This document shows positions 26,309-35,862 of a stretch of 50,307 bases of DNA, one piece after another. Each line of letters opens with the position of its first letter. Position 1 is the stretch's first letter. Position numbers and translations under genes: made by a program. Below the pieces are notes generated by a model. It did no database searches, was not told the origin of the DNA, and saw only the letters and a program-made list of their open reading frames with translations. The DNA comes from a virus (lineage: Duplodnaviria > Caudoviricetes), in the IMG/VR virus record IMGVR_UViG_3300038309_000012, positions 1 to 50,307 of that record; one strand, given 5' to 3'.

Positions 26309-26581
26309 ATGTCAGCATTAGATAAACAAGTAGGTGGAGATCATTACAAGAAGTATGTTATTCAACCAATAGAATTTTTTATCGCTAATAACATACCATA
26401 TGCAGAAGCAGCTATTATTAAATATGTTTTAAGATATCAAGATAAGAATGGAATAGAAGATCTTGAAAAGGCTAAGCATTTGATAGAGATTTTGATTGAA
26501 GTCATAAAAAAGGACCAGGTACCAAAGATACCTGATCCGTATAAAGTAAACCAAAAAGGATTTAAACCAGGCTGTTATTAA
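26309..26581 (+). CDS. DUF3310 protein (T7 gp1.7-like nucleotide kinase family)
   Basis: QVGGDHYK...IQPIEF...IKYVLRY..KNGIEDLEKA. Confidence 0.85.
   Translation: MSALDKQVGGDHYKKYVIQPIEFFIANNIPYAEAAIIKYVLRYQDKNGIEDLEKAKHLIEILIEVIKKDQVPKIPDPYKVNQKGFKPGCY
26506..26538 (-). terminator. Intrinsic terminator of the late arm, embedded in the antisense gene
   Basis: - strand GGATCAGGTA-TCTTTGG-TACCTGGTCC-TTTTTT, 44 bp past the stop of 26582..30748. Confidence 0.65.
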
Positions 26582-29500
26582 TTACTTAGCTCTCAACCGC
26601 ATAACTTCCTTCCTAAAATCCTCGCTAATAACCCCACCAGCCTTAGAGACAGTAGCATATTCCTTCCACAGCTGCTGTCTCTCCTTTTCATTTGCATTAT
26701 CTAAACGATCAACAAATAGTTGCGCCCTAACTTCTGGACTCAAACCTTTAAGCCTTTTCCAGAAAGATTTCTCAGGTAGATTTTTAATAGCTAATTCATA
26801 CTTAAACCTATCAATCAATCTTTTTCTTTCATCTAAATCTTTAACACGCCTAATAAAATCAAACACGTCTTTTCTTTGGTTAGTACCTTCATACAAATAT
26901 CCGTCTGTTAGTCTATCTACTTCTCTACTATTAATAAATCTTTTTAACGTGTCAGCTTCTCCAGCTTCATCTATCTTCTCCGCATGTTTTGAATAAGGAT
27001 TAGTCACACCAAAGAATCTTTTAATTAAAGGTAACTTACTCAAAGTCATTGCTAGGTGCTGTTCTTTCTTGTCTTTAGGTAAATCTCCAAAAGTCTTTTC
27101 ATATCCTTGATTAAGTAACCAACTCCACACTGTGCCATTAGTTACTAATTCATTAACAGAATATTTTAATCTCTCAGGACTCAACCCAGTTTTCTCTCCA
27201 ATATCTATAAAAGCTTTAGGAGTTTCTCCTGGTATATACTCCTCTTTGCTTTGTGGCCAACTGAAAGGTTTATCAGTCTGTCGCCAAATATCTTCATTCA
27301 TCCAGAAATCTTTATTAGTAATATAACCTATAGCTGCTGACATAGTAGGAGGTAAAATCTCTGTAACTCCAATAGGACTTTGTTCTTTAAAGCCTTTAAT
27401 AACTCTATCAACATCAAAATCTTCATCACCTAACCATTTATCAGCTGAAGCTTCAAACAAAGCTTTGAAAAACTTCTGGCCAGGATCAATAGGAATTTTA
27501 AAATATGGATAACGTTTTTGGTTCTGTTCATCATAAAAACCAAATTGATCTCCTAGAGGGATAATCAAATAGTTATTATTAACCATAGAACCTTTAAGTT
27601 CTTTAGTTGTTTCAGGACTTAGTTGTTTTGAGGCTAAGTAAACTCCAGTAACTAACGCACCGAATTGAGCTAATTTATAAGTTCCTTCTAAAGGTTTTTC
27701 TTTCAAGCTTCTAAACAATCCTCTAGTACCTTGAATACTAGCATTTAAATAAGGAACAGCATTATCAATTGCTTTTGATATACTACCACCCTGACCAAAG
27801 TCCATATAATCCCTAGCCACAAAAGTAGCTTCTTGTGTAATGTCTTTATTCTTTCTAGCTTCTTCCACGCTAATACCTTGTTCTTTAGCTCTCTGCTTTA
27901 TGACTCTTTCTCTTATAGCTAATCGCGTAACAAGCTCAGAAGTTTCTCCAAAGAAGCCTATATAATCCATAAACTTATCAATAGCAGAATCTATATGCCT
28001 ACCACGCTGAAAAATTCTACCTTGGTGGACTAGAAATTCCATACCTCCACCTTCTTTAATATATTGTTCATACCTAGGCCCACGATTCCAAGCATCGCCT
28101 GCAACGTCTACTATATCCTTACCAATCTGTAAACCGTATATTGGTAAGTTACTATTATAAGGACTAACAGCCTTACCATTATTGTACATACTAGTAGCAA
28201 ACCAAGCATGCATAACATCACGAGGTATATTAGCTAAAGCAAATCCCCAGTTTATACCAGTAGCCATAGTCCTAAGTACTGGAGACCCAGACGCATATCT
28301 TAACAGTGTGCTCATTCTATAACTTAATTCAGGTGATCCATTTAACCATCCTTTAGAAAATTCAGGAGAAAGATACATAGCTTTACGTTGGCCACCTTCA
28401 AATACAAAAATTCTATTCCATCCTGAAGGTATGATGCTATCTTTATTCTTAATCCTTACCATGTCATTAGTAGGATTAATCCTAGCAATTTCCAGCAAGG
28501 CTTGATTAGCTTTATTATTTAATACTCTACCATAACTTCTATTAAATACTTCCAAAGCCATTATTTCTGAACTAGGTTCAAATATATCTGTTTCTCGTCC
28601 TTTAGCTAATGCTTCAACTCCTGAATCAAACACAGTTTTTTTCTTATTACCTAATCTAGCTTGATACTGCTTATCGTAAATTTCTACTAGTTTCAACTTT
28701 CTATAATTATATGAACTAAGATCATTAAACTCTTGTTCACTTATTACACCAGAATCTAACATATCTTTAAGCGGCTTCTTCATCCACTCATAGTATGCTT
28801 TAGCTTTACTTCTAATAATAGCTTCTTTTTCTGGGCTGAGTTTTTCTATCTTACCAAATAGTTCACTATACGCAGCAGTACTTTTAGGTTCAAGACCTTT
28901 AGGAAAATTAAACTTACCTGGATCTTTATATCTAGCTATTTCATTCATACGGTCTGATAGGATTAAAGTATCCAGTATATTTTTTTCTTTACTATTTAAT
29001 CCATCATATACTTCTTTTCTCATCTGAGTAAGCATATTTGCAGCCTCAGCTGAGGCACCTTTAGACAATACAAATTTCTGAAGTGCTCTATATCCTTCTT
29101 CTCCATGACTAAGTAAAGATTTCCTAACATTTGCGACGTCTACAAAGGCTTTTGTGGCAGCATCTTTAATCATACCTAAAGCTTGCATAGGTTTAAATGA
29201 CTTAACACTACTAGCATATTTAGTATAATCAGATACATTTTTAGCGTCTATTGGATTTACATCCATAGAAGTCTCAGCTATTTGCTGTTCAGACTGTTCA
29301 ATTTTTAAACGGTCTACTCCTCTCGCCCACTTTGCAGCTTCACTAACATTACTTTTCCATAGTTCAAATTCGCTATTACTCCTAAACATGTTTCGTATTT
29401 CTGACGCTTTACCGGCTAAGTCACTCAACGTATTTTGTGTAGCAGTAATATCTACATCTTCACCATGATACCATCTATTAACATCATTGATTAATTTCTG

Positions 29501-30748
29501 TGTAGCTACACCTGGGTCGTCTATTTCTTTACCTTCAAATAGTTTAGCATACCTAGCTGTTTTCTCAGCGTCTTGAAAGTAAGGACTTTCTTTATTTATC
29601 TGCCTTTCACTTTCTACTTTAATAGCTATGTCTTCACTAATCTGATTATTAAGCTCTTCTGTTTTCTGCTCAAGATTTATTTTCTTCTCATTTATAATCT
29701 CTTGATTTTTAACTTTAGTAGGTTCATCAACTACAGAGTTATTCATCTCTTGCATTTTGTCTATTTGTATTCTTTCATTTATGGTTTCGTCTAACTGATT
29801 TATTCTTCTTTCTGATACTTTCCTAGGCAAACCTCTCCATAGAAAGAAAACATCTAATGCTGTATCAAACATTACTTCTTCTGCTGGACGATCAGTAAAT
29901 GGATTACCTCCTACTTCCAAAGCTCTTTGAGCATTCAAGCCTATAAGGCCAGTTATAATTCTAGCTGCTTGTTGCGCTCCTTCTTTTGGAAACATACCTC
30001 TAGCTATGCCAAAAACTGCACCAGTAATAGCTCCACTTTTAGTAGCATCATATATCTTACCTGCTGCTTGTGTGAAAGTAGGTTGCTCTAAGGCTTCTCC
30101 TGTAGCAGTTAAGCCAATAGCAGGGCCTAAAACAGCAGCTTCGCTAAGAGCTGATTTTAACACTCTACTTATAACTGATCCTTCAGCTGAGGCAGCAGGT
30201 AAGAATTTAACTATTGGTTTAGTAATACTTTCTACTATTTTAGCCGGTCCAACTAATAATCCAGCTAATGAACCTAAACCATTACCTATATACCCACTAG
30301 CATCAGTAGGTTTAAAATCTTCTTCACCAGTTAGAGTAGATCTAATGGCTGGTAGTACTCCCAAAGTAACTACGTTAGTAAATCCACTAGCTGCTTGTTC
30401 TATAAACTCAGGAGAATTTCTAAATTCAGCTGTAGTTTTTCCATTTTCATTAGCCAATAATTCCACTACAGCTTGAGCTCTAGCGCGATCACTTAATTGG
30501 GGTTGAATGTCTGTGCCAAACCAACTATTTATTTTACCTATAGCTTGTTCTATTAGATTATTTTTCTTTTCATAAGGTTCTAGTACAGATATCCTGTCTG
30601 GCTCATTAGTTTGTTTTCCCCCAACAAACATTTGATCAGTGAGTGACTGAGGACTAGCCTCAGTCTTTCCACTAAACAATTGATCAGATAAAGATTTACT
30701 ATCCTGTTGTTCTTTGTTAAATAGTTGATCAGTCAAGTTTAATGTCAC
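26582..30748 (-). CDS. Large internal virion/ejection protein (LPD38-like C-terminal region)
   Basis: 1388 aa, last late gene; F..ANIPRD, MDFGQGG, VPYLNASIQG, YFKIP motifs typical of podovirus large polyvalent proteins. Confidence 0.7.
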   Translation of the reverse strand: MTLNLTDQLFNKEQQDSKSLSDQLFSGKTEASPQSLTDQMFVGGKQTNEPDRISVLEPYEKKNNLIEQAIGKINSWFGTDIQPQLSDRARAQAVVELLANENGKTTAEFRNSPEFIEQAASGFTNVVTLGVLPAIRSTLTGEEDFKPTDASGYIGNGLGSLAGLLVGPAKIVESITKPIVKFLPAASAEGSVISRVLKSALSEAAVLGPAIGLTATGEALEQPTFTQAAGKIYDATKSGAITGAVFGIARGMFPKEGAQQAARIITGLIGLNAQRALEVGGNPFTDRPAEEVMFDTALDVFFLWRGLPRKVSERRINQLDETINERIQIDKMQEMNNSVVDEPTKVKNQEIINEKKINLEQKTEELNNQISEDIAIKVESERQINKESPYFQDAEKTARYAKLFEGKEIDDPGVATQKLINDVNRWYHGEDVDITATQNTLSDLAGKASEIRNMFRSNSEFELWKSNVSEAAKWARGVDRLKIEQSEQQIAETSMDVNPIDAKNVSDYTKYASSVKSFKPMQALGMIKDAATKAFVDVANVRKSLLSHGEEGYRALQKFVLSKGASAEAANMLTQMRKEVYDGLNSKEKNILDTLILSDRMNEIARYKDPGKFNFPKGLEPKSTAAYSELFGKIEKLSPEKEAIIRSKAKAYYEWMKKPLKDMLDSGVISEQEFNDLSSYNYRKLKLVEIYDKQYQARLGNKKKTVFDSGVEALAKGRETDIFEPSSEIMALEVFNRSYGRVLNNKANQALLEIARINPTNDMVRIKNKDSIIPSGWNRIFVFEGGQRKAMYLSPEFSKGWLNGSPELSYRMSTLLRYASGSPVLRTMATGINWGFALANIPRDVMHAWFATSMYNNGKAVSPYNSNLPIYGLQIGKDIVDVAGDAWNRGPRYEQYIKEGGGMEFLVHQGRIFQRGRHIDSAIDKFMDYIGFFGETSELVTRLAIRERVIKQRAKEQGISVEEARKNKDITQEATFVARDYMDFGQGGSISKAIDNAVPYLNASIQGTRGLFRSLKEKPLEGTYKLAQFGALVTGVYLASKQLSPETTKELKGSMVNNNYLIIPLGDQFGFYDEQNQKRYPYFKIPIDPGQKFFKALFEASADKWLGDEDFDVDRVIKGFKEQSPIGVTEILPPTMSAAIGYITNKDFWMNEDIWRQTDKPFSWPQSKEEYIPGETPKAFIDIGEKTGLSPERLKYSVNELVTNGTVWSWLLNQGYEKTFGDLPKDKKEQHLAMTLSKLPLIKRFFGVTNPYSKHAEKIDEAGEADTLKRFINSREVDRLTDGYLYEGTNQRKDVFDFIRRVKDLDERKRLIDRFKYELAIKNLPEKSFWKRLKGLSPEVRAQLFVDRLDNANEKERQQLWKEYATVSKAGGVISEDFRKEVMRLRAK
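29291..29315. repeat. 25-bp palindrome copy 13 (intragenic)
   Basis: AGACTGTTCAA TTT TTAAACGGTCT, encoding RLKIEQS. Confidence 0.9.
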
Positions 30749-31811
30749 GTCTCACCTCGCTAGTTGATCCATCAGGCCATTTAAGTTCCCAGATGAAAGT
30801 ATTACCATCTAAACGTTTGTTAATTAGTTTAGCATCTGAAGATTGAATTTTATCATCTATGTATTTCTCAGTCATGATAGCACGTTGACGTGTAGCTTCT
30901 GGACCTTCATACTGTATTAAAGTATTCTGTACATCTTCAGTATTAAGATACTTATCTACATCGCTAATTAATCCTTTAGGACTTTTAAAATAATCCTTAC
31001 GGTTCTCAAGTCCTGTTATTTGCTTCCTAGCTTTAAACTCACCTAAAGAAAGACCTCCACCAAGCGCAGTCATATCTCGTAACCAGGATTGAAAATCCCC
31101 TTTATATCCATTATTAACTGCATATTCATAATCTTTAATGTGTGAAGTTTTAGCATCTCGTTGAAACTCTGCGAAAGAACCCTCAAAGCCTTGAGATTTA
31201 GCGTATTCAAAATTCTTCATTGCTACGGTTCTTTCATCTTTACTTAAAGCTTTGTAAGCACTAGTAGCTGCATTCATTCTTGCAATCTCACCAGTTGCTT
31301 CTCTTGCTTTAATTGTCTGTGCTAAACTAACCGCCTGTGTTATGTCACTAGGAGTCAGCCCTGCTAGGTCGGCGGGAGAAATGTTACCTAGAGGACTAGA
31401 AGAAGGGTTTAGCAAACTGCCTAGAAATTTATTCTGGCTAGCCTCAGGAGTAGAAGTAGGTTGCATAGCTACTCCTTTACTAGCTGCTCCAGCATCCATC
31501 ATGCTGCTTTCTCCACCTAATGCAGCAGAAGGCATTTTTAAATTTAAGCTATCTCTATCAGCTGTAAGCTTAGCTCCTGCTGGCATACCTGAAAGCATGT
31601 TACTAAGCAACTTAGCTTGGTTTTGAGCAGCTATGTTTTGCATAGTTACATTGTTTAAGGCTACACCTACAGGCTGACCTGAACTAAGTGCTGCTCCAGC
31701 ACCTGACAAGTATTGTAGAAATAATGGATTACTAAGCAATCCACTTATTCCTCCACCTTGAGGAGTATTACCTCCAAGCATTCCACTAAGAGTTGAATTA
31801 GTATCTGTCAT
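30729..31811 (-). CDS. Putative ejection/internal virion protein
   Basis: Gly/Ala-rich N-terminus, repeated EYA...G..G.F; ATG 31811 follows GGAGG. Confidence 0.6.
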   Translation of the reverse strand: MTDTNSTLSGMLGGNTPQGGGISGLLSNPLFLQYLSGAGAALSSGQPVGVALNNVTMQNIAAQNQAKLLSNMLSGMPAGAKLTADRDSLNLKMPSAALGGESSMMDAGAASKGVAMQPTSTPEASQNKFLGSLLNPSSSPLGNISPADLAGLTPSDITQAVSLAQTIKAREATGEIARMNAATSAYKALSKDERTVAMKNFEYAKSQGFEGSFAEFQRDAKTSHIKDYEYAVNNGYKGDFQSWLRDMTALGGGLSLGEFKARKQITGLENRKDYFKSPKGLISDVDKYLNTEDVQNTLIQYEGPEATRQRAIMTEKYIDDKIQSSDAKLINKRLDGNTFIWELKWPDGSTSEVRRDIKLD

Positions 31812-31828
31812 ACGTTGTTCCTCCAAAT

Positions 31829-31853
31829 AGATTGTTCAAAATTTAAACGGTCT
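31829..31853. repeat. 25-bp palindrome copy 14
   Basis: AGATTGTTCAA AAT TTAAACGGTCT; supplies the stop of 31852..32715. Confidence 0.9.
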
Positions 31854-32715
31854 AAAGAAATGCTAAAGCTGCACCTAGCCCTCCTCCAATGAGCGCTCCT
31901 ACTGGACCTCCTCCTACCACTGCACCAGCAGCCGCACCAGCCATAGCACCGCCTAAAGCTTGCTTTGCAATAGATGGGCCTTCAACACCTTGTGCTACTG
32001 CTGAACCTGAAATAGACGCTAGTAAATTTCCACCGTACTTAAAAATACTAAGATCCCATTCAGCATCTGCCTTATCATATTCTACGTTCTCTCTATTCTC
32101 TTCTCCTTTAGCTACTATCTTAATACGATTAGATTCAACTACCATCCTAGTATAGCTCTCTTCCCAGGCATACTTGTTAGTCATAAGTTGAACCATATTT
32201 TGAGTTATACTAACTGCTGCCTTGATTCTAAGATCTCCAGAATACTTGGCTACATCTCTAGCATTAAAGGCTTCTATAATTCCCCTGCCAATTATAAATG
32301 CTGAACTCTGAACTGCATTTATATTCCTCATGCCACCTTCAAATCTAGGTAGCACAACACTAGTTAAATTATCATTTAACTGCGATGAGAAAGAATCTAC
32401 ATCTGCATCCAAATTATTCTGCATAGCAGTAACAGCTGCTGTATAAAGAGCCATTACATCAGTACCTTCATCTATTCCAGCAAGTATAGTGTTAAACCCA
32501 CTAATAGCTGCTTCCCAAGCTGCTATGGGAACATCTGGATCATATGCAGTAGCAGTAGCAAAAGGAGATGAACCAATAGCTGTATCCATTACTTCTGTTA
32601 TAGAAGTACTAAGTGTATCAGTACCTGTGTCATCCAGAGCCATGCTGTGCCAATCTTTCATGTAATCAGGATAATCAGTTTTACCCGAAGATCCTCCACC
32701 TCCTGAACCTCCCAT
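31852..32715 (-). CDS. Putative ejection protein with glycine-zipper C-terminus
   Basis: MGGSGGGG start, ALGGAMAGAAAGA...GALIGGGLGA end. Confidence 0.6.
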   Translation of the reverse strand: MGGSGGGGSSGKTDYPDYMKDWHSMALDDTGTDTLSTSITEVMDTAIGSSPFATATAYDPDVPIAAWEAAISGFNTILAGIDEGTDVMALYTAAVTAMQNNLDADVDSFSSQLNDNLTSVVLPRFEGGMRNINAVQSSAFIIGRGIIEAFNARDVAKYSGDLRIKAAVSITQNMVQLMTNKYAWEESYTRMVVESNRIKIVAKGEENRENVEYDKADAEWDLSIFKYGGNLLASISGSAVAQGVEGPSIAKQALGGAMAGAAAGAVVGGGPVGALIGGGLGAALAFL

Positions 32716-33176
32716 TAGACACCCCCTATTAAAACATCAATGTCAAATGTAACTAATGTTTGTACAGTGTTTCCACTATGCAACTTAGATAATTCTATTA
32801 TACGTTCATTCTGTGTATAAGCTATAACATTCTCACAACCTTTTGATTTAGCATATTTAGCTATAGCATTTAAACCAGCAAATTGTGTTTCGTCTGAAAT
32901 TGGAGCAAATGCATATAGAGCATAGATAAGTAAACTCTTAGACATACTAATCGTATCATGTTGAATCTGAGTAATACACAGAGCTTCTAAATATCTCTGC
33001 TCATCTTTAACCTTATGTGCTACCCAACATAAAGACTTTCCACTTAGTAAAGAACTAAGTACTTTATTCATTCGTTCTTCTTTGTAACTTGCAATAGGTG
33101 GTAATGCTTCCTCTATTGCTGGCCCAAGTATATTCCAATACCTAGCTATTTGATCTGGAAGTAAAATAGTAATCAT
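32715..33176 (-). CDS. GNAT-like tail assembly protein
   Basis: YAKSKGCENVIAYT; lies between nozzle and ejection genes, as in P22/T7-like phages. Confidence 0.5.
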   Translation of the reverse strand: MITILLPDQIARYWNILGPAIEEALPPIASYKEERMNKVLSSLLSGKSLCWVAHKVKDEQRYLEALCITQIQHDTISMSKSLLIYALYAFAPISDETQFAGLNAIAKYAKSKGCENVIAYTQNERIIELSKLHSGNTVQTLVTFDIDVLIGGV

Positions 33177-34564
33177 GAACTCTGCCCTCGTATCCCTGAA
33201 GCATACACTCCTCTAATGCCTCTAAGATCTGTCATCTTATATCTAACTTTAATATAGCTTATGAAGAAATCATCTGAGATTTCACTAAACCTAAGTTTAA
33301 ATCTAAACAAGTTACCTGAAGCAATCAGTGAAGAGAATCCTACATTATTTATAGGTGTAAAAGCTGGTGACTTCCAAGTAGTATGATCTGTACTAAGATC
33401 AACACTTGAGTAAGGAGAAGTAGTTCCAAATGAATCAGTTTCGATATTAAAAACTGTCTTATCTCCTTTGTATTGGAAGTCGAATGGCCAGGTAGTTATT
33501 GTATAGTAATCATCATCTAAATCAACAGGCAATCCGTATAAATTATTTCCACTTGACCATATAGCAGAAGGATGTTGTAATACTTCTGTCAAACCATTTT
33601 GAGAAAGTAGGTAAGTCTTACTGCTATTTCCTATATAGAAATCATTGCTACTTTTATCATACTTAACAATTATATCTTCACCTGCAAGTGTAGATATTTC
33701 ATGACTGTAATCTAATTCACTAACTCCTTCAGAAGTAATCTGGTACAGAGAATAGTCAGTGCCGACAAATACGTGCCTATTTAAATCTCCATCATTAGCA
33801 CCTTGATTTATTAAACCTATATCCAACATCTCTCTAAAGCCAAAAGTAACTGCTGGTTCTATAACTGGAAACAACATAGTTATTCCTTCACTAGAATAAC
33901 CAACTATATTATCGCCAAGCCTTCTAACACTAAGTACTTCTCCACCATAAGGACATCTGCGATAACCTTCAGTATTGCGTTGGTCTGGCACAAAATTCAT
34001 TTCGCCTATACGTGACCACACATAATAAGTCTCATCACAGTCATACCAATCACTAATTATTCCTCCTCCTACTGCCTGCCCTTTGAAATTACATATAGTT
34101 TTCATCATAGGAACTTCAGTCAAACTAGTAACTTTGTACCATGTAGTGTCTGTTGGACTATAGTAAATCATTATAACACCATTAGTCATAAACACATACT
34201 TACCAAAGTCAGCAAATTCCATCAAACTACCTTGACCATAAGTTAATTGGTCAATGGCGTATAATTTAGTTACTGTAGAGAAGTCAGAAGATATAGAATA
34301 CACTGCGTCTTCCAACTGAAATGGGTCTCTAATTACCATTAGTCTGCAAGACTCACCTTGGAAAAATTGAGGAAAAGGCCACTGGTAATACATATCTTCT
34401 ATTGGCGGCAAAGGATTTGTACACTCAGTAGCTTTCTCAAGTCCTGTCTTTCCGCACCTAAACCCGCGGCACTCGTATAGGAATTGAGAATTAACAGACA
34501 TGTTTTTAACAGGGCTTAGGCCTTTAGTTAATGCTTCGTCAATTAGTAATTCAAACTCTCTCAT
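33173..34564 (-). CDS. Putative tail nozzle/stabilisation protein
   Basis: Beta-rich, 463 aa, podovirus synteny. Confidence 0.55.
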   Translation of the reverse strand: MREFELLIDEALTKGLSPVKNMSVNSQFLYECRGFRCGKTGLEKATECTNPLPPIEDMYYQWPFPQFFQGESCRLMVIRDPFQLEDAVYSISSDFSTVTKLYAIDQLTYGQGSLMEFADFGKYVFMTNGVIMIYYSPTDTTWYKVTSLTEVPMMKTICNFKGQAVGGGIISDWYDCDETYYVWSRIGEMNFVPDQRNTEGYRRCPYGGEVLSVRRLGDNIVGYSSEGITMLFPVIEPAVTFGFREMLDIGLINQGANDGDLNRHVFVGTDYSLYQITSEGVSELDYSHEISTLAGEDIIVKYDKSSNDFYIGNSSKTYLLSQNGLTEVLQHPSAIWSSGNNLYGLPVDLDDDYYTITTWPFDFQYKGDKTVFNIETDSFGTTSPYSSVDLSTDHTTWKSPAFTPINNVGFSSLIASGNLFRFKLRFSEISDDFFISYIKVRYKMTDLRGIRGVYASGIRGQSS

Positions 34565-34595
34565 CTTTGTCTCCTGACAACTAGGTCCTACTCAT

Positions 34596-35051
34596 TTACC
34601 CTTCAGTAGTTTCATCATTATTAAGTTCCTCCACTAGAAAACTTCTAACAGACGCGTCTTTGACTATAGGTTCCCATAAGAAAGCAACCCAAAATTCATT
34701 TACTTTAGCTGCTTCGGTAGAAGAAATTGACACTGTGAGTTTGTCTAATTCATAAACATCTATACTTACTTTAGCGCTATAGGTTTTTTTATCTAATTTA
34801 AAACCTTCTGACTTAACCCCAAGTTCACCTTCAATATTAACATTAACAACAACTACTTCTTTAGGTTTAGAATTAAAACTAATAGCTATTTTAGTAATCT
34901 TACCAGAACAAGGAAACATGTATCTTGAAGCAGGGCCATTTAAATCTCCAGTCATACAACAAGAAATAGGATAAGGAGTAGTTATTGTCTTAACTCTCTG
35001 TTTTCTCTGTTTACGTTCTAGTCTACGTTGAAGTCTTTCTACTTTATCCAT
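34596..35051 (-). CDS. Hypothetical structural protein
   Basis: GAGG RBS, in structural operon. Confidence 0.65.
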   Translation of the reverse strand: MDKVERLQRRLERKQRKQRVKTITTPYPISCCMTGDLNGPASRYMFPCSGKITKIAISFNSKPKEVVVVNVNIEGELGVKSEGFKLDKKTYSAKVSIDVYELDKLTVSISSTEAAKVNEFWVAFLWEPIVKDASVRSFLVEELNNDETTEG

Positions 35052-35055
35052 AGTT

Positions 35056-35778
35056 TTAATCCTCTATTTGAGTAACTTCTGAGATTTCTTCTTCTACAAG
35101 GTCCATACCTAACAATCGCATATCACTAGTGATTGCGCTAGTCCAGTCATTAACTCCTTGGGTATTTCTATTGTTTATTTCTAATTCTCTTAATGCTGCT
35201 CTTATCAATAACATTGGATGATTAACAGACCAATGATTAGTATCTGTATCGTTAACTAACTTAGGCGAATAAAACAAGCCTTTTACTTCTAAGACTAGTT
35301 TTTCACTAGTAGGCACATTAAGCAAAATGGTATTGTATTCTTCTACTTTACCAGCCGGAATTTCTACCCACTGCAAGAAAGATTCAAATTCGTCAGATTG
35401 AATATCAGCTGGATTATACCTAGTGATAGTTGGCGAATAGTACAATGGAGTACCACTAGTTCTTGAAGATGGAGTTCCAGTTAAATACTCAGAAATAAGA
35501 TCCTGAATATTTTTCTTTTCTAACTGCCAACGCTGAGTTGTAGTAGCAACCCAGACTTCTTTTATAGCCCTACAATATTGCACAGAGGCTATATATTTAT
35601 CTATCTCAACAAACCTAAACTGAGAGGCCCAGGATTTTTGAGTCTCGTCTAGACGATCTAGAAACTTCCTCCCCTCGTTGAGATAAAAGTCTGCGCCATT
35701 ATCAGAGTAGTCGTCATTGACTAGGTCAAATCTACCTGAGATATCTCTAAACTTTGTCCTAATTTGTAATAAATTCAT
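35056..35778 (-). CDS. Putative head-tail adaptor
   Basis: MNLLQIR...YLNEG...GTPLYY...HPMLLI; directly after the capsid gene. Confidence 0.6.
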   Translation of the reverse strand: MNLLQIRTKFRDISGRFDLVNDDYSDNGADFYLNEGRKFLDRLDETQKSWASQFRFVEIDKYIASVQYCRAIKEVWVATTTQRWQLEKKNIQDLISEYLTGTPSSRTSGTPLYYSPTITRYNPADIQSDEFESFLQWVEIPAGKVEEYNTILLNVPTSEKLVLEVKGLFYSPKLVNDTDTNHWSVNHPMLLIRAALRELEINNRNTQGVNDWTSAITSDMRLLGMDLVEEEISEVTQIED

Positions 35779-35792
35779 CTGAGTCACCAATT

Positions 35793-35817
35793 AGACTGTT
35801 TAAAAATTAAACGGTCT
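35793..35817. repeat. 25-bp palindrome copy 15
   Basis: AGACTGTTTAA AAA TTAAACGGTCT. Confidence 0.92.
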
Positions 35818-35843
35818 GGGACAGTCATCGCTGACCATCCCAG
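35815..35843 (-). terminator. Hairpin after major capsid gene
   Basis: - strand CTGGGATGGTCA-GCGA-TGACTGTCCCAG, running into a palindrome. Confidence 0.6.
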
Positions 35844-35862
35844 CCGTAATTGGCCTTAGAGG

